Shown here piece after piece: positions 62,478 to 64,000 of a stretch of 64,000 nucleotides of DNA. Position 1 is the stretch's first letter. Every line of letters starts with the position of its first letter. The DNA is taken from positions 36,456,001-36,520,000 of the forward strand of contig OZ024749.1 of assembly GCA_964016885.1 (NCBI GenBank), in the 5' to 3' direction. The notes beneath the pieces are model-generated. The model saw nothing but the letters and a program-made list of their open reading frames with translations. It searched no databases and was not told the DNA's origin. Both the position numbers and the translations under genes were made by a program. The DNA is from Eledone cirrhosa (lineage: Eukaryota).

Positions 62478-63935
62478 AGGCCAGATGTGAAATATAGGCT
62501 CCTTAGTGCTAGAATAAGGCCCAAGCAAGATATGAAATATAGGCTCCTTAGTGCTAGTATCAGGCCCAGGCAAGATGTGAAATATAGGCTCCTTAGTGCT
62601 AGAATAAGGCCCAGGCAAGATGTGAAATATATGCTCCTTAGTGCTAGTATCAGGCCCAGGCAAGATGTGAAATATAGGCTCCTTAGTGCTAGAATAAGGC
62701 CCAGGCAAGATGTAAAATATAGGCTCCTTAGTGCTAGAATAAGGCCCAAGCAAGATGTGAAATATAGGCTCCTTAGTGCTAAAATAAGGCCCAGGCAAGA
62801 TGTGAAATATAGGCCCTTAGTGCTAGAATAAGGCCCATGCAAGATGTGAAATATAGGCTCCTTAGTGCTAGAATAAGGCCCAGGCAAGATGTGAAATATA
62901 GGCTCCTTAGTGCTAGAATAAGGCCCTGGCAAGATGTGAAATATAGGCTCCTTAGTGCTAGAATAAGGCCCTGGCAAGATGTGAAATATAGGCTCCTTAG
63001 TGCTAGAATAAGGCCCAGGCAAGATGTGAAATATAGGCTCCTTAGTGCTAGAATAAGGCCCAGGCAAGATGTGAAATATAGGCTCCTTAGTGCTAGTATC
63101 AGGCCCTGGCAAGATATGAAATATAGGCTCCTTAGTGCTAGAATAAGGCCCTGGCAAGATGTGAAATATAGGCTCCTTAGTGCTAGAATAAGGCCCAGGC
63201 AAGATGTGAAATATATGCTCCTTAGTGCTAGAATAAGGCTCAGGCAAGATGTGAAATATAGGCTTCTTAGTGCTAGAATAAGGCTCAGGCAAGATGTGAA
63301 ATATAGGCGCCTTAGTGCTAGAATAAGGCCCAGGCAAGATGTGAAATATAGGCTCCTTAGTGCTAGAATAAGGCCCAGGCAAGATGTGAAATATAGGCTC
63401 CTTAGTGCTAGAATAAGGCCCAGGCAAGATGTGAAATATAGGCTCCTTAGTGCTAGAATAAGACCCAGGCAAGATGTGAAATATAGGCCCTTAGTGCTAG
63501 AATAAGGCCCAGGCAAGATGTGAAATATAGGCTCCTTAGTGCTAGAATAAGACCCAGGCAAGATGTGAAATATAGGCCCTTAGTGCTAGAATAAGGCCCA
63601 GGCAAGATGTGAAATATAGGCTCCTTAGTGCTAGAATAAGGCCCAGGCAAGATGTGAAATATAGGCTCTTAGTGCTAGAATAAGGCCCAGGCAAGATGTG
63701 AAATATAGGCTCCTTAGTGCTAGAATAAGGCCAAGGCAAGATGTGAAATATAGGCTCCTTAGTGCTAGAATAAGGCCCAGGCAAGATGTGAAATATAGGC
63801 TCCTTAGTGCTAGAATAAGGCCCAGGCAAGATGTGAAATATAGGCTCCTTAGTGCTAGAATAAGGCCAAGGCAAGATGTGAAATATAGGCTCCTTAGTGC
63901 TAGAATAAGGCCCAGGCAAGATGTGAAATATAGGT
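62478..63935. repeat. 45-bp minisatellite, ~32 highly homogeneous units
   Basis: ggcccaggcaagatgtgaaatataggctccttagtgctagaataa repeated. Confidence 0.95.
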
Positions 63936-64000
63936 TCCATTTCAAACTGCTCATTAACTATTTTAGTAATCAGTGCTATATATATGATTTATGTACAGGT

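Noticed and set aside
62441-63954. 343-aa and other repeat ORFs as real proteins
   Set aside because: 45-bp minisatellite with frameshifting units

Overview
AT-rich, microsatellite-saturated eukaryotic DNA, intronic or intergenic. Its repeat content looks like a coleoid cephalopod, probably Octopus (inference from repeat style, not a database match). No long protein-coding gene is recognisable, and nearly all ORFs in the supplied track are translations of (TA)n, (CA)n, (CT)n, (CAC)n or minisatellites. The window is a patchwork of about 20 copies of one ~190-bp tRNA-headed SINE, further SINE families, 3'/internal fragments of Tx1/L1, CR1, RTE and HERO-like LINEs, piggyBac-like (TTAA) and Tigger-like (TA) MITEs, and several minisatellites. 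The most striking signal is at least six unrelated short elements, mostly in (TA)n tracts and often fold-back palindromes, that carry minimal type I hammerhead ribozyme cores. This is the Penelope-like/retrozyme signature; one has a U3-A8 compensatory core, and two sister palindromes have arms that co-vary. Several minisatellites visibly derive from retroelement 3' ends. Nested insertions with clear TSDs create near-perfect SINE inverted pairs (candidate ADAR substrates). Weaker signals suggest a phase-compatible minus-strand exon chain, two divergent first exons and several RFX X-box motifs.
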